Below, piece by piece: positions 36,762 to 45,595 of a DNA stretch of 64,000 bases (within the stretch, counting starts at the first letter, position 1; every line of letters begins with the position of its first letter). The position numbers were made by a program, and so were the translations under genes. The stretch comes from Rhodospirillales bacterium (GTDB lineage Bacteria > Pseudomonadota > Alphaproteobacteria > Kiloniellales > JACOMY01), in contig OZ245764.1 in NCBI GenBank assembly GCA_965227565.1, forward strand, positions 5,623,834 to 5,687,833. Reading direction: 5' to 3'. The notes beneath the pieces were generated by a model. The model was not told the origin of the DNA, ran no database searches, and saw only the letters and a list, made by a program, of their open reading frames with translations.

Positions 36762-38148
36762 GCCACCCGGAGAGCCGGATGGCGCCGGCGGTGAAGAGGC
36801 CGTAGGCCGCCATGCCCGCCGCGATCGCGATGAAGACGCCGGCAAGCCCCAGGTCCGTGGCCGCGGCCAGCAGCAGCGCGCCGCCGATGGCGAGCGCCAT
36901 GCGCAGCACGCTGCCCAGCACCGGCCAGACCATCCGCCCGGCGCCCTGGCTGGCGAAGTAGAGCGCCAGCCCCAGCGCGAAGAGGGCGTAGAAGGGCGCC
37001 ACGCTGTGGAAGTAGAGCCGGCCCGCGGCCAGCGCCTGGGTGTCCTCCGGCGCCAGGAAGAGCCCAAGCCAGAGGTCCGGGGCCGCGGCGAAGAAGAGGC
37101 CGATCGACCCGACGATGGCGGCGGCGGCGCAGGATCCGGTCCAGCCGACCCTGAGGGCCCTCGCCCGGTCGCCGGCGCCGATGTTGGCCCCCACCATGGC
37201 GGTCATGGCAGCCCCGATCCCGAAGACGATGGGGATCATCAGGAACTCGAGCCGCGCGCCCAGGCCGTAGCCGGCCAGCGCCGCCTCGCCATAGCGGCCG
37301 ACCAGGGCGGTCATGATGACGATGGTGACCACGGTCTGCAGGGCGTTGAGGGAGGCGATCACGCCGACCCGCAGGATATCGAGGAAATGGTCGCGCAGCA
37401 GGCCGGCGAAGCGCACCGCGATGCCCGTCCGCCCGCCCAGCACGTGGGCCAGCGCGGCCGCCGCGCCGACCGCCTGGGCGATCACCTGGCCCGCGGCCAG
37501 CCCTGCCATGCCCAGCTCCGGCAGGGGACCCCAGCCCAGGCCCAGGCCGCCGGCGAGCGGGATCGAGACCAGCGAGACCAGCACCAGGACGAGGGCCGGC
37601 GTCATCATGTTGCCGGAGCCGCGGATCACCGAGAGGGTGGCGTGGCAGAGCCAGAGGAAGAGGCAGCCCGGGAAGAAGACGAAGGCATAGGCGAGCGCCG
37701 CCTCGACCGCGCCCGCGCCGCCGCCCAGCGCCTCGAAGATGGCCCTGCCGAAGAGGAGGATGACGAGGGCGGAGGCCAGGGCCGCGACCAGGGCGATGAT
37801 CCAGGCGGCCGCCACCAGCCGCCCGGCCCGGTCGGGCGAGCCCGCACCCAGCGCGCGGGCCACCGCCGAGGAGATGGCGCCGCCCACCGCGCCGGCCGAG
37901 AGCATCTGCGAGAGCATCACCAGCGGGAAGACCAGCGCCAGGCCGGCGAGCTCCGAGACCCCCATGAGCCCTGCGAAGGCCGCCTCGGCGATGCTCATCG
38001 CCGTCGCCACCAGCATCGCCAGCACGTTGGGCGCGGCCAGCCGTGCCAGGGTCGGACCGATCGGCCCCTCCAGCAGCCGGCGCGTCCTTGCCGCCCTGGC
38101 GCGTGCAGCGGTGTCGGCCTGATCGGCAGTCGCGGAGATGACGGACAT
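36757..38148 (-). CDS. MATE family efflux transporter
   Basis: 463 aa, 12-TM MATE-like sequence. Divergent from an HxlR regulator. Confidence 0.85.
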   Translation of the reverse strand: MSVISATADQADTAARARAARTRRLLEGPIGPTLARLAAPNVLAMLVATAMSIAEAAFAGLMGVSELAGLALVFPLVMLSQMLSAGAVGGAISSAVARALGAGSPDRAGRLVAAAWIIALVAALASALVILLFGRAIFEALGGGAGAVEAALAYAFVFFPGCLFLWLCHATLSVIRGSGNMMTPALVLVLVSLVSIPLAGGLGLGWGPLPELGMAGLAAGQVIAQAVGAAAALAHVLGGRTGIAVRFAGLLRDHFLDILRVGVIASLNALQTVVTIVIMTALVGRYGEAALAGYGLGARLEFLMIPIVFGIGAAMTAMVGANIGAGDRARALRVGWTGSCAAAAIVGSIGLFFAAAPDLWLGLFLAPEDTQALAAGRLYFHSVAPFYALFALGLALYFASQGAGRMVWPVLGSVLRMALAIGGALLLAAATDLGLAGVFIAIAAGMAAYGLFTAGAIRLSGWR

Positions 38149-38160
38149 CGGCTGGCCCTT

Positions 38161-38208
38161 GTAAGTTCTATTTCAGAACGCACTTCCAAGTAAGTTCCTT
38201 TTCAGAAC
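38161..38208. promoter_or_regulatory. Tandem 19-bp operator-like repeats between the MATE and hxlR-family genes
   Basis: GTAAGTTCTATTTCAGAAC (38161-38179) and GTAAGTTCCTTTTCAGAAC (38190-38208), 17/19 identical. Each contains GTTC-N5/6-GAAC dyad symmetry. Confidence 0.4.
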
Positions 38209-38234
38209 CTGTCAAGAGAGGCTATGCTGCCGCC

Positions 38235-38678
38235 ATGCGCTGGAACGACTTGAAGCAGGAGGCCTGCCCGGTCGCCCGCGGGCTCTCGGTGATCGGGGAC
38301 CGCTGGACCATGCTGGTCCTGCGCGACTGCTTCCTCGGCATCCGCCGTTTCGAGGATTTCCAGAAGCGGCTTGGCATCACCCGCCACGTGCTGACCGACC
38401 GCCTGCGCAAGCTGGAGGAGGAGGGCGTGCTGGAGCGCAGGCCCTATCAGGACAATCCCCCGCGTCACGAGTATCGCCTGACCGAGAAGGGCCTGGCGCT
38501 GCACCCGGTCCTGATCACCCTGGTCGACTGGGCCAACGGCTGGGTCCCGCCGGGCGAGGTCAGGGGGTCGCAACTGGTGTCGCGGGAGACCGGCGAACCG
38601 GTGGAGCCGGTGATGATTGACGCGCGAACGGGAACCCCGATCACGCCGCGCTCTGTTCGGGTCGAGACTCCGAAATAG
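38235..38678 (+). CDS. HxlR family transcriptional regulator
   Basis: CPVARGLSVIGDRWTMLVLRD...F..F........T..VLT.RL..LE..G...R is the HxlR signature. Confidence 0.85.
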   Translation: MRWNDLKQEACPVARGLSVIGDRWTMLVLRDCFLGIRRFEDFQKRLGITRHVLTDRLRKLEEEGVLERRPYQDNPPRHEYRLTEKGLALHPVLITLVDWANGWVPPGEVRGSQLVSRETGEPVEPVMIDARTGTPITPRSVRVETPK

Positions 38679-38686
38679 GCTCCGCG

Positions 38687-40003
38687 CTACATCGCCTCGA
38701 CCAGGTAGAGCGAGAACCAGGGGACGGCGATCAGGAGGGCGAGGCGCAGGATGTCGGCGATCCAGAAGGGGGTGACGCCGCGGAAGATGGTGCCGAGCGA
38801 GACCTCGGCGAGCACGCTGCGCAGCACGAAGACGTTGAGGCCGACCGGCGGCGAGATCAGGCTGATCTCGGTCACCACCACCACGATGACGGCGAACCAG
38901 ATGAGCGCCATCTCCGGGTCGGAGAGGATCTCGATCCCGAAATCCAGCTCGTAGAGCAGGGGATAGAAGACCGGGACGGTCAGCAGGATCATCGAGAGGC
39001 TCTCCAGCACGCAGCCCAGCAGCAGGTAGATCGCCACGATGCCGAGGATCACCAGGTAGGGACTGAGCTCCAGGCCGGAGATCCAATAGGCCAGGCCGTC
39101 CGGGAGGCCGGCGAAGTTGACGAAGTTGGAGAAGATCTCCGCCCCGATCACGATGGCGAAGATCATCGCGGTGGTGCGCGCGCTCTCCAGGCAGGCCCGG
39201 AAGATCTGGCCGGCCGTGACGCCCCCCATGGCGATCGCGATCGCGAAGGAGGCGGCGGCACCGATGCCGGCGGCCTCGGTCGGGGTGAAGAAGCCGCCGT
39301 AGATGCCCACCATGATCAGCAGGAAAAGACCGATCACCGCCAGCACGCCCAGGCGGTCGCGGCGGCTGAAGGGCTCCTGCCCCTCTGATCTCGGGGCCAG
39401 TGAGGGCTTCAGGCGGGTCACCACGGCGATCGCGCCGATGTAGAAGAGGAGGCCCAGCAGGCCCGGCAGGATGCCGGCGATGAAGAGCTTGCCGATGTCG
39501 CTCTCGGTGATGAGGCCGTAGATGATCATGACCACGCTGGGCGGGATCAGGATGCCCAAGGTGCCGCCGGCGGCGATCGAGCCGGTGGCCAGGCTGTCGG
39601 CATAGCCGAACTGCCGCATCGAGGGCATGGCGACCTTGGACATGGTGGCGGCGGTCGCCAGCGAGGAGCCGCAGACCGCGCTGAAGCCGCCGCAGGCCAG
39701 CACCGAGGCCATGGCGAGCCCGCCGCGCGCGCCGCCCAGCAGGTGGTTGGCGGCCGCATAGAGCCCGTGGCTGACGCCGGAGATGGTCAGCAGGTTCCCC
39801 ATCAGGATGAAGAGCGGCACGACGGAGAGCGAGTAGGAGAGTCCGGTCTCGTAGGCCACGTTGCCGACCATGGAGAAGCTGGCCGGCCAGTCGCGCAGCA
39901 GGGCGAAGCCGACCGCCCCCACCAGCGCCATGGCAAAGGCGATGGGCACGCGCAGGAAGATCAGCCCCAGCAGGGCCGCGAAGCCGAGGAGCGACTCGAT
40001 CAT
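38687..40003 (-). CDS. TRAP transporter large permease (DctM)
   Basis: 438 aa DctM-family protein. ATGA overlap with dctQ. Confidence 0.9.
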   Translation of the reverse strand: MIESLLGFAALLGLIFLRVPIAFAMALVGAVGFALLRDWPASFSMVGNVAYETGLSYSLSVVPLFILMGNLLTISGVSHGLYAAANHLLGGARGGLAMASVLACGGFSAVCGSSLATAATMSKVAMPSMRQFGYADSLATGSIAAGGTLGILIPPSVVMIIYGLITESDIGKLFIAGILPGLLGLLFYIGAIAVVTRLKPSLAPRSEGQEPFSRRDRLGVLAVIGLFLLIMVGIYGGFFTPTEAAGIGAAASFAIAIAMGGVTAGQIFRACLESARTTAMIFAIVIGAEIFSNFVNFAGLPDGLAYWISGLELSPYLVILGIVAIYLLLGCVLESLSMILLTVPVFYPLLYELDFGIEILSDPEMALIWFAVIVVVVTEISLISPPVGLNVFVLRSVLAEVSLGTIFRGVTPFWIADILRLALLIAVPWFSLYLVEAM

Positions 40004-40494
40004 GGCCGCAGGGCCTGCTTCAGGCGCAGCAGGGCCATCGCGGCGGAAAGGGCGGCCAGCGCTGCCGCGAACCAGGCGACCGGTGCGAGTGGAAGCGAGA
40101 GCGCGTTGGTGACGGCCCCGTCCTCGGCAAGCCTCAGCGCCTGCTCGACCAGCCGCCAGGCGATCACCGCCAGCACGGCGGCGGAGAGCAGGCAGGCGAG
40201 GAGGCCGCTGAGGACGCGCAGCGGACGCGGGAAGTGCGCGTGCAGCAGGTCCACCTCGATGTGCCCGCCGGCCCGCGTGGTCAGCGGCAGGGCCGCGAAG
40301 ATCAGGCTGCAGAGCAGCATCTGGGTGATCTCGAAGGCGCCGGCCAGCGGCGCGTCGAACCAGTAGCGTCCGGCGACATCGACCGCCGTGACCGCGGTCA
40401 GCGCGATCAGCAGCAGGGCGCAGCAGCCCCCCAGCAGCCAGTCGAGCAGGGAGAGGGGGGCGCCGGCGCGCCCCGCCTCGTCGGCGCCGTCCAC
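40000..40494 (-). CDS. TRAP transporter small permease (DctQ)
   Basis: 164 aa, 4 TM segments. Confidence 0.8.
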   Translation of the reverse strand: MDGADEAGRAGAPLSLLDWLLGGCCALLLIALTAVTAVDVAGRYWFDAPLAGAFEITQMLLCSLIFAALPLTTRAGGHIEVDLLHAHFPRPLRVLSGLLACLLSAAVLAVIAWRLVEQALRLAEDGAVTNALSLPLAPVAWFAAALAALSAAMALLRLKQALRP

Positions 40495-40507
40495 GGTCCC
40501 GGAAGGC

Positions 40508-41569
40508 CTACCGGGCCACGCCGGACTGCTTTCGCAGCTCGGCCAGGGCGGCGGCGCCGTCGTAGCCTTGACCGGTCAGCGCCTCGACCCAGGCGGCTTC
40601 GTACTGGGCGGCGGCCGTCCTGACCGCCTCCTGCATTGCGGGCGATGCCTCGTAGATCTCGATCCCCGCGTCCAGCACCTTCTCTTCGGCCCTGGCGTCG
40701 GCCTCGTTCCAGGCCTCGCCGACCATTGCTGCGAAGGCGAGGCCCGAGACCGCCTCGATGGCGGCCTGGTCCTCCGGCGAGATCTCGCTCCACTTGTCCT
40801 CGTTCATGACCAGGAACCAGGTGGTGTTGTAGAGCCCGCCCGGCACCGTCATGGCGTACTTCAGGTGGTCGGTCAGCTTGAAGGCGGTCAGCGCCTCCAT
40901 GGTGAAGGTGACGCCGTCGATCACGCCGCGCGACAGCTTCTCGTAGACCTCCGGCGAGGACATGAAGAGGGTGGTGGCGCCCAGCCTGCCCATCAGGTCG
41001 GCGATGTAGCCGCCGGGGGTGCGGATCTTGAGGCCCTCCAGGTCGGCCGGCGTCTCGATCTTGCGGACGTTGTTGTGGAGGATGCCCGGCCCGTGCACGA
41101 AGAGCCCCAGCAGCTTGACGCCCTCGTGCTCCTTCTGGGCCTCGAGCGGACCGGAATAGACGGTCCAGAAGGCCTCGGAGGCGGAGACGGCATCGTCGCC
41201 GATGAAGGAGAACTGGCCGATGCGCGAGCACTCGAAGCGGTCGTCCTTGGTGAAGGAGTGCAGGCCGTAGGTCACGTCGGCGACCCCGTCGCGGGCCATG
41301 TCGTAGTGCGCCGGCGGCGCGCCCAGGGGCTTTGCCAGCACGCGCACCGTGACCCGGCCGTCGGTCGCCTCCTCGACCTGCTCGGCCCAGGGCTTGATGG
41401 CGTTGACCACGATGGGGTGGCGCGCCGGCAGCCAGGAGGAGAGCACCAGCTCCGTGTCTGCCGCTGCAGGCGTGGCCAGGGCCGAGAGGCTCAAGGGCAG
41501 CGCCAGGCCGAAGGATAGGCCGATCTTTCTCAAGTGACGGGACATGCTTCCTCTCCTGTCTTGCTTCAT
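40508..41569 (-). CDS. TRAP transporter substrate-binding protein (DctP family)
   Basis: 353 aa with a signal peptide ending ATPAAA. Its ATG overlaps the maiA stop (ATGA 41566-41569). Alternative start at 41545. Confidence 0.85.
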   Translation of the reverse strand: MKQDRRGSMSRHLRKIGLSFGLALPLSLSALATPAAADTELVLSSWLPARHPIVVNAIKPWAEQVEEATDGRVTVRVLAKPLGAPPAHYDMARDGVADVTYGLHSFTKDDRFECSRIGQFSFIGDDAVSASEAFWTVYSGPLEAQKEHEGVKLLGLFVHGPGILHNNVRKIETPADLEGLKIRTPGGYIADLMGRLGATTLFMSSPEVYEKLSRGVIDGVTFTMEALTAFKLTDHLKYAMTVPGGLYNTTWFLVMNEDKWSEISPEDQAAIEAVSGLAFAAMVGEAWNEADARAEEKVLDAGIEIYEASPAMQEAVRTAAAQYEAAWVEALTGQGYDGAAALAELRKQSGVAR

Positions 41570-42225
41570 GCGGTTTCGGTTTTTTCGGGTTTCACCCTGT
41601 CGGGGTGGGCGGCACGGAAGGCCTCCAGCGCCTCGCAGGCGGCCACGATCGCGGCGGCCCTTGGCCAGTCCCGGACCTCCAGGCCCCAGCGACGGGCGTT
41701 ATAGAGCTGCGGGACCAGGCAGCAGTCGGCGAGGCCCGGAGCGTCGCCGTGGCAGAAGCGGCCGCTGCCGGGCTTCGCCAGCAGGGCCTCGACGGCGTCG
41801 AGGCCGAGGCGGATATTCTCGCCCATCCAGGCGGTGCGCAGCGCCTCCGTCCCGCCGGCCAGGCTGACGATGCGGTTCACCAGCGAGAGGTTGCAGACCG
41901 CGTGGATCTCCATCGCGATCGCCTGGGCGATGGCGCGGACCCGGGCCCGGCCAGCGGGGTCGGCGGGCAGCAGCGGCGGCTCTGGCCGGGTCTCCTCCAG
42001 GTACTCCAGGATCGAGAGCGACTGGGTCAGGGTCAGACCGTCGATGGCGAGCGCGGGCACGAGACCCTGCGGGTTGCGGGCGGCATGCTCGGCCGCCCTC
42101 TGCTCGCCCGTCAGCAGGTCGACGCTCCGGCGCTCGTAGGCGAGCCCCTTCAACCCCAGCCCGATCCGCACCCGGTAGCTGGCCGAGGAGCGCCAGTAGT
42201 CGTAGAGCAGGGGCGTCCCGCTCAC
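41566..42225 (-). CDS. maiA: Maleylacetoacetate isomerase (zeta-class GST)
   Basis: LYDYWRSSASYRVRIGLGLKG...NPQGLVPAL...LTQSLSILEYLEE matches the zeta-GST pattern. GTG start at 42225 overlaps the upstream stop (GTGA). Confidence 0.8.
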   Translation of the reverse strand: MSGTPLLYDYWRSSASYRVRIGLGLKGLAYERRSVDLLTGEQRAAEHAARNPQGLVPALAIDGLTLTQSLSILEYLEETRPEPPLLPADPAGRARVRAIAQAIAMEIHAVCNLSLVNRIVSLAGGTEALRTAWMGENIRLGLDAVEALLAKPGSGRFCHGDAPGLADCCLVPQLYNARRWGLEVRDWPRAAAIVAACEALEAFRAAHPDRVKPEKTETA

Positions 42226-42764
42226 CGACCGGTGAACTCCTTTTGGTGCATCCAGGCCGCATGTTTCGGTGCGCGCTTGGTGCGTGACCACTCCTCCAGC
42301 ATGTCCCACTTGACCGCGTCCAGCCGAGCCAGCTTCTCCGCCTCCTCGGGGTCGGGGCAGGAGAGCTCCAGGCGGTGGCCGTTGGGGTCGAAGAAATAGA
42401 TGGAATGGAAGAGGGAGTGGTCGACGGGACCCAGGACCTTGATGCCCGCGGCCTCCAGGTCGGCCTTGAAGGTCATGAGGGTCTCGCGGTCGGCGACCTT
42501 GAACGCGATGTGCTGCACCCAGTTGGGCGTGTTGGGATCGCGGCCCATCGCGGGCTTGGTCGGCAGCTCGAAGAAGGCCAGCACGTTGCCCTGGCCGGCG
42601 TCCAGGAAGACGTGCATGTAGGGGTCGGGCTCCTTGGTCGAGGGCACCTGGTCCTCGGCGATGGCCAGCACGAAGTCCATCTTCAGGTGCTTCACGTACC
42701 AGTCCACCGTCTCCTTGGCGTCCTTGCAGCGGTAGGCGACGTGGTGAATGCGGTCGATCTTCAT
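42222..42764 (-). CDS. VOC (glyoxalase/bleomycin-resistance/extradiol dioxygenase) family protein, 180 aa
   Basis: MKIDRIHHVAYRCKD...HIAFKV...GHRLEL shows the metal-ligand pattern typical of VOC. Start is inside track ORF 42222-43106. Confidence 0.75.
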   Translation of the reverse strand: MKIDRIHHVAYRCKDAKETVDWYVKHLKMDFVLAIAEDQVPSTKEPDPYMHVFLDAGQGNVLAFFELPTKPAMGRDPNTPNWVQHIAFKVADRETLMTFKADLEAAGIKVLGPVDHSLFHSIYFFDPNGHRLELSCPDPEEAEKLARLDAVKWDMLEEWSRTKRAPKHAAWMHQKEFTGR

Positions 42765-42973
42765 GTCTCTTGCTCCTCTCTGCCCGTCGCGCGGGCGGCG
42801 GCGAAGGCCTCGGTCAGGACCCGGCGGTCGCCGATGTGGTTGGCCAGGATCAGGATCAGCCTGGCGTTGGCTGCCGCACTCTCCTGGTCGCTGAGCCCCT
42901 CGTGCAGGGCCAGCAGCTCGGCATAGAAGCCGTCGGGATCGGGAATGTTCGGCTGCAGGATCAGATCCGTCAT
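42761..42973 (-). CDS. DUF2783-like small protein (70 aa)
   Basis: MTDLILQPNIPDPDGFYAELLALHEGL... ATGA overlaps at both ends (42970-42973 and 42761-42764). Hidden inside spurious track ORF 42761-44632. Confidence 0.6.
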   Translation of the reverse strand: MTDLILQPNIPDPDGFYAELLALHEGLSDQESAAANARLILILANHIGDRRVLTEAFAAARATGREEQET

Positions 42974-44598
42974 GCCGCTTTCTCCTTGGCGGTGAGAGCG
43001 CGCGCGCGGGCCAGCGCCGCCAGGACCGCGGCCTGATCGTAGCGCTCCCAGCGGGCGACCACGTGCTGATCGGGCCGCAGCAGGTAGACGGCCGAGGGGG
43101 CCGCACCCAGGTAGCGCTCCTTCAGGGCAGGCGAGGGGAGTGCGGCCGTCTCCAGGGCCAGGCAGTCCACCCGGATCCCGCCGCAGTCCAGCCGGTCCGG
43201 CAGGGCGCAGTCGATGGCGAGAAGCTGGAAGCGGCCGCCCAGGCGGTCCAGCAGCCAGCCCCTGTCGGTCGGCGCGTCGGCGGCGGGCGCCCCGGGCCTG
43301 AGGCGGCCCGGCATGCGCGGGTCGTCGGCGCCGTTCAGCGGCGAGCCGTCGTGCGTCGTCGGCAGCGAGAGCCGACCCGAGTTCACCAGCGGCCTGGCGA
43401 AGGGATGCTGCTCGGCGAGATCGAGCACGGCGTCGCGGAAGAGGCGGCTGGTGGCGGACTTGGGCGTGATGAAGTCGGTTGAGCGGGTCGAGTTCAGGAT
43501 GTTCTCGTCGGCGGCCTGCACCCGCTCGCTGTCGTAGCTGTCGAGCAGGCCCTCGGGCGCCAGGCCCTGCATCACCAGCGCCAGCTTCCAGCAGAGGTTG
43601 TCGCTGTCCTGGAAGCCGCTGTTGGCGCCGCGTGCCCCGAAGGGGGAGACCTGGTGGGCCGCGTCGCCGGCGAAGAGGACGCGGCCGTGGCGGAAGCGCT
43701 CCATGCGGCGGCACTGGAAGGTGTAGATCGAGACCCACTCCAGCTCGAAGCGGACCTCCTCGCCCAGCATGGCCTCCAGCCGCCGGGTGACGCGCGCGGG
43801 CTCTTTCTCGCGCTCCCGGTCGATGTTCCAGCCGAGCTGCAGGTCGATCCGCCAGACGCTGTCGGCCTGCTTGTGCAGCAGGGCCGACTGGCCGCGGTTG
43901 AAGGGCGGGTCGAACCAGAACCAGCGCTCGGTCGGAAAGTCGGCCTCCATCACCACGTCGGCGATCAGGAAGCTGTCCTCGAAGGTCCGGCCGTGGAAGC
44001 CCAGCCCCAGCATATCTCTGACCGGAGAGTGGGCGCCGTCGCAGGCGATCACCCAGTCGGCCTCGATCCGGTAGCTGCCCTCGGGCGTCTCCACCTCCAG
44101 CGCCAGCCCGTCCTCCAGGGTCTCCAGCCCCGTGACGCGGTTGCGGCCGCGCAGCTCCACCGGCTTGCCGGCGGCGGCCAGAGCATCCAAGCGTTTCACC
44201 AGTGCATGCTCCAGGTGGTACTGCTGCAGGTTGATGAAGGCCGGCCGCTTGTGGTCCTGCTCCGGCTGCAGGTCGAAGGCATAGACCTGGCGGCGGTCGA
44301 AGAAGACCTTGCCGCGGTTCCAGACCACGCCCCGCTCGACGATCGCGTCGCCGCAGCCCAGCCGGTCCAGGATCTCCAGCGGGCGCTTGGCGAAGCAGAT
44401 GGCGCGCGAGCCCCAGCTCACCCGGTCGTTCTCGTCGAGAACCAGCACGGCCACGCCGTACTGGGCGAGGTCGATCGCCGCCGCCAGGCCGATCGGGCCG
44501 GCGCCGACCACCACCACCGGATGGCGGGCCGGGGCCGCCGCGTCCTGGTCGGCGCTCCTGCGGTAGGGGTAGAGGGGGACCTCGAAGACCTTCGCCAT
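42970..44598 (-). CDS. FAD-dependent aromatic-ring monooxygenase (MhpA/PheA-like)
   Basis: 542 aa. Contains VVVVGAGPIGLAAA, the DG fingerprint (CDGAHSPVR) and GDAAHQVSPFGARG. Confidence 0.85.
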   Translation of the reverse strand: MAKVFEVPLYPYRRSADQDAAAPARHPVVVVGAGPIGLAAAIDLAQYGVAVLVLDENDRVSWGSRAICFAKRPLEILDRLGCGDAIVERGVVWNRGKVFFDRRQVYAFDLQPEQDHKRPAFINLQQYHLEHALVKRLDALAAAGKPVELRGRNRVTGLETLEDGLALEVETPEGSYRIEADWVIACDGAHSPVRDMLGLGFHGRTFEDSFLIADVVMEADFPTERWFWFDPPFNRGQSALLHKQADSVWRIDLQLGWNIDREREKEPARVTRRLEAMLGEEVRFELEWVSIYTFQCRRMERFRHGRVLFAGDAAHQVSPFGARGANSGFQDSDNLCWKLALVMQGLAPEGLLDSYDSERVQAADENILNSTRSTDFITPKSATSRLFRDAVLDLAEQHPFARPLVNSGRLSLPTTHDGSPLNGADDPRMPGRLRPGAPAADAPTDRGWLLDRLGGRFQLLAIDCALPDRLDCGGIRVDCLALETAALPSPALKERYLGAAPSAVYLLRPDQHVVARWERYDQAAVLAALARARALTAKEKAA

Positions 44599-44610
44599 GG
44601 CGGCAGCGTC

Positions 44611-45561
44611 TCAGTCCTGCAGCGCGGCCCACATGGCCTGGTCGCGCTCGGCGGTCCAGATGCGCGGCGTGTCGATGCCCAGCGCCTCGTCATAGGCGCG
44701 CGCGACATTGAAGGGCAGGCAGTGCTCGTAGATCGCGAAGTTGCCGAACTTGGGATCGCAGTGCTCGCGGCAGGCGGCCATGGCCTCCTTCAGGCTGCGC
44801 CCGGCGGCGGCAGCGGCGGCGACGGGACGGTAGGTGCTCTCCACGAAGTCGCGGGTGAGCGCGATGGCCTCGCGCACCTTGTCGGCGATGACCAGCGCAT
44901 CGCCGCGCCCGGGGGCCAGCGCGCGCGGGCCGAAGGCGGCGATGGCGTCCAGGGTCCGGGGCCAGTCCTGCAGGTGGGCATCGCCGCAGTAGCAGGCCGA
45001 GTGGAACTCCACCGTGTCGCCGGAGAACATGACCTCGGCATCAGGGATCCAGGCGACCAGGTCGCCGGCGGTATGCGCGCGGCCCAGGTGCATGAGGTCG
45101 ACCCGGCGCTTGCCCAGGTAGACGGTCATCTTGTTCCTGAAGGTCATCGAGGGCCAGGTGAGGCCGGGGATGGATTCCGCGGCCTGGAAGAGACGGGGAA
45201 AGCGCCCGTACTCGCTGTCCCAGTCCTCCTGGCCGCGCTCGGCGATCATGGCCCGGCAGGTCTCGGACGCGATCACCTGCTCGGCACCGTAGGCCGAGGC
45301 GCCCAGCACCCGGACGGCGTGGTAGTGGCTGAGCACCACGTACTTGATCGGCTTGTCGGTCACCTGGCGGATGTGGCGGATGACCTCCTGGGCCATGGCC
45401 GGGGTGGCCTGGGTGTCGACCACCATCACGCCGTCGTCGCCGATGATGACCCCGGTGTTGGGATCGCCCTCGGCGGTGAAGGCATAGAGGTCGGGGCCGA
45501 CCTCGGTGAAGGAGATGGTCTTGGCCTCCATGTCGCCGGTCGAGGCGAAGGCTTTGGACAT
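44611..45561 (-). CDS. MBL-fold metallo-hydrolase family protein (variant motif)
   Basis: Start at MSKAFAST behind an AAAGGAGGAAA RBS. The motif position reads SHYHAVRVLG rather than the canonical HxHxDH. Confidence 0.75.
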   Translation of the reverse strand: MSKAFASTGDMEAKTISFTEVGPDLYAFTAEGDPNTGVIIGDDGVMVVDTQATPAMAQEVIRHIRQVTDKPIKYVVLSHYHAVRVLGASAYGAEQVIASETCRAMIAERGQEDWDSEYGRFPRLFQAAESIPGLTWPSMTFRNKMTVYLGKRRVDLMHLGRAHTAGDLVAWIPDAEVMFSGDTVEFHSACYCGDAHLQDWPRTLDAIAAFGPRALAPGRGDALVIADKVREAIALTRDFVESTYRPVAAAAAAGRSLKEAMAACREHCDPKFGNFAIYEHCLPFNVARAYDEALGIDTPRIWTAERDQAMWAALQD

Positions 45562-45595
45562 GGGGTTTCCTCCTTTCGGGTGTCTGTTTCTTGTT

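Noticed and set aside
42974-44632. Upper part of track ORF 42761-44632 (623 aa).
   Set aside because: Only the last 70 codons (DUF2783-like, from ATG 42973) look real. The remainder is an alternative frame of the FAD monooxygenase gene.
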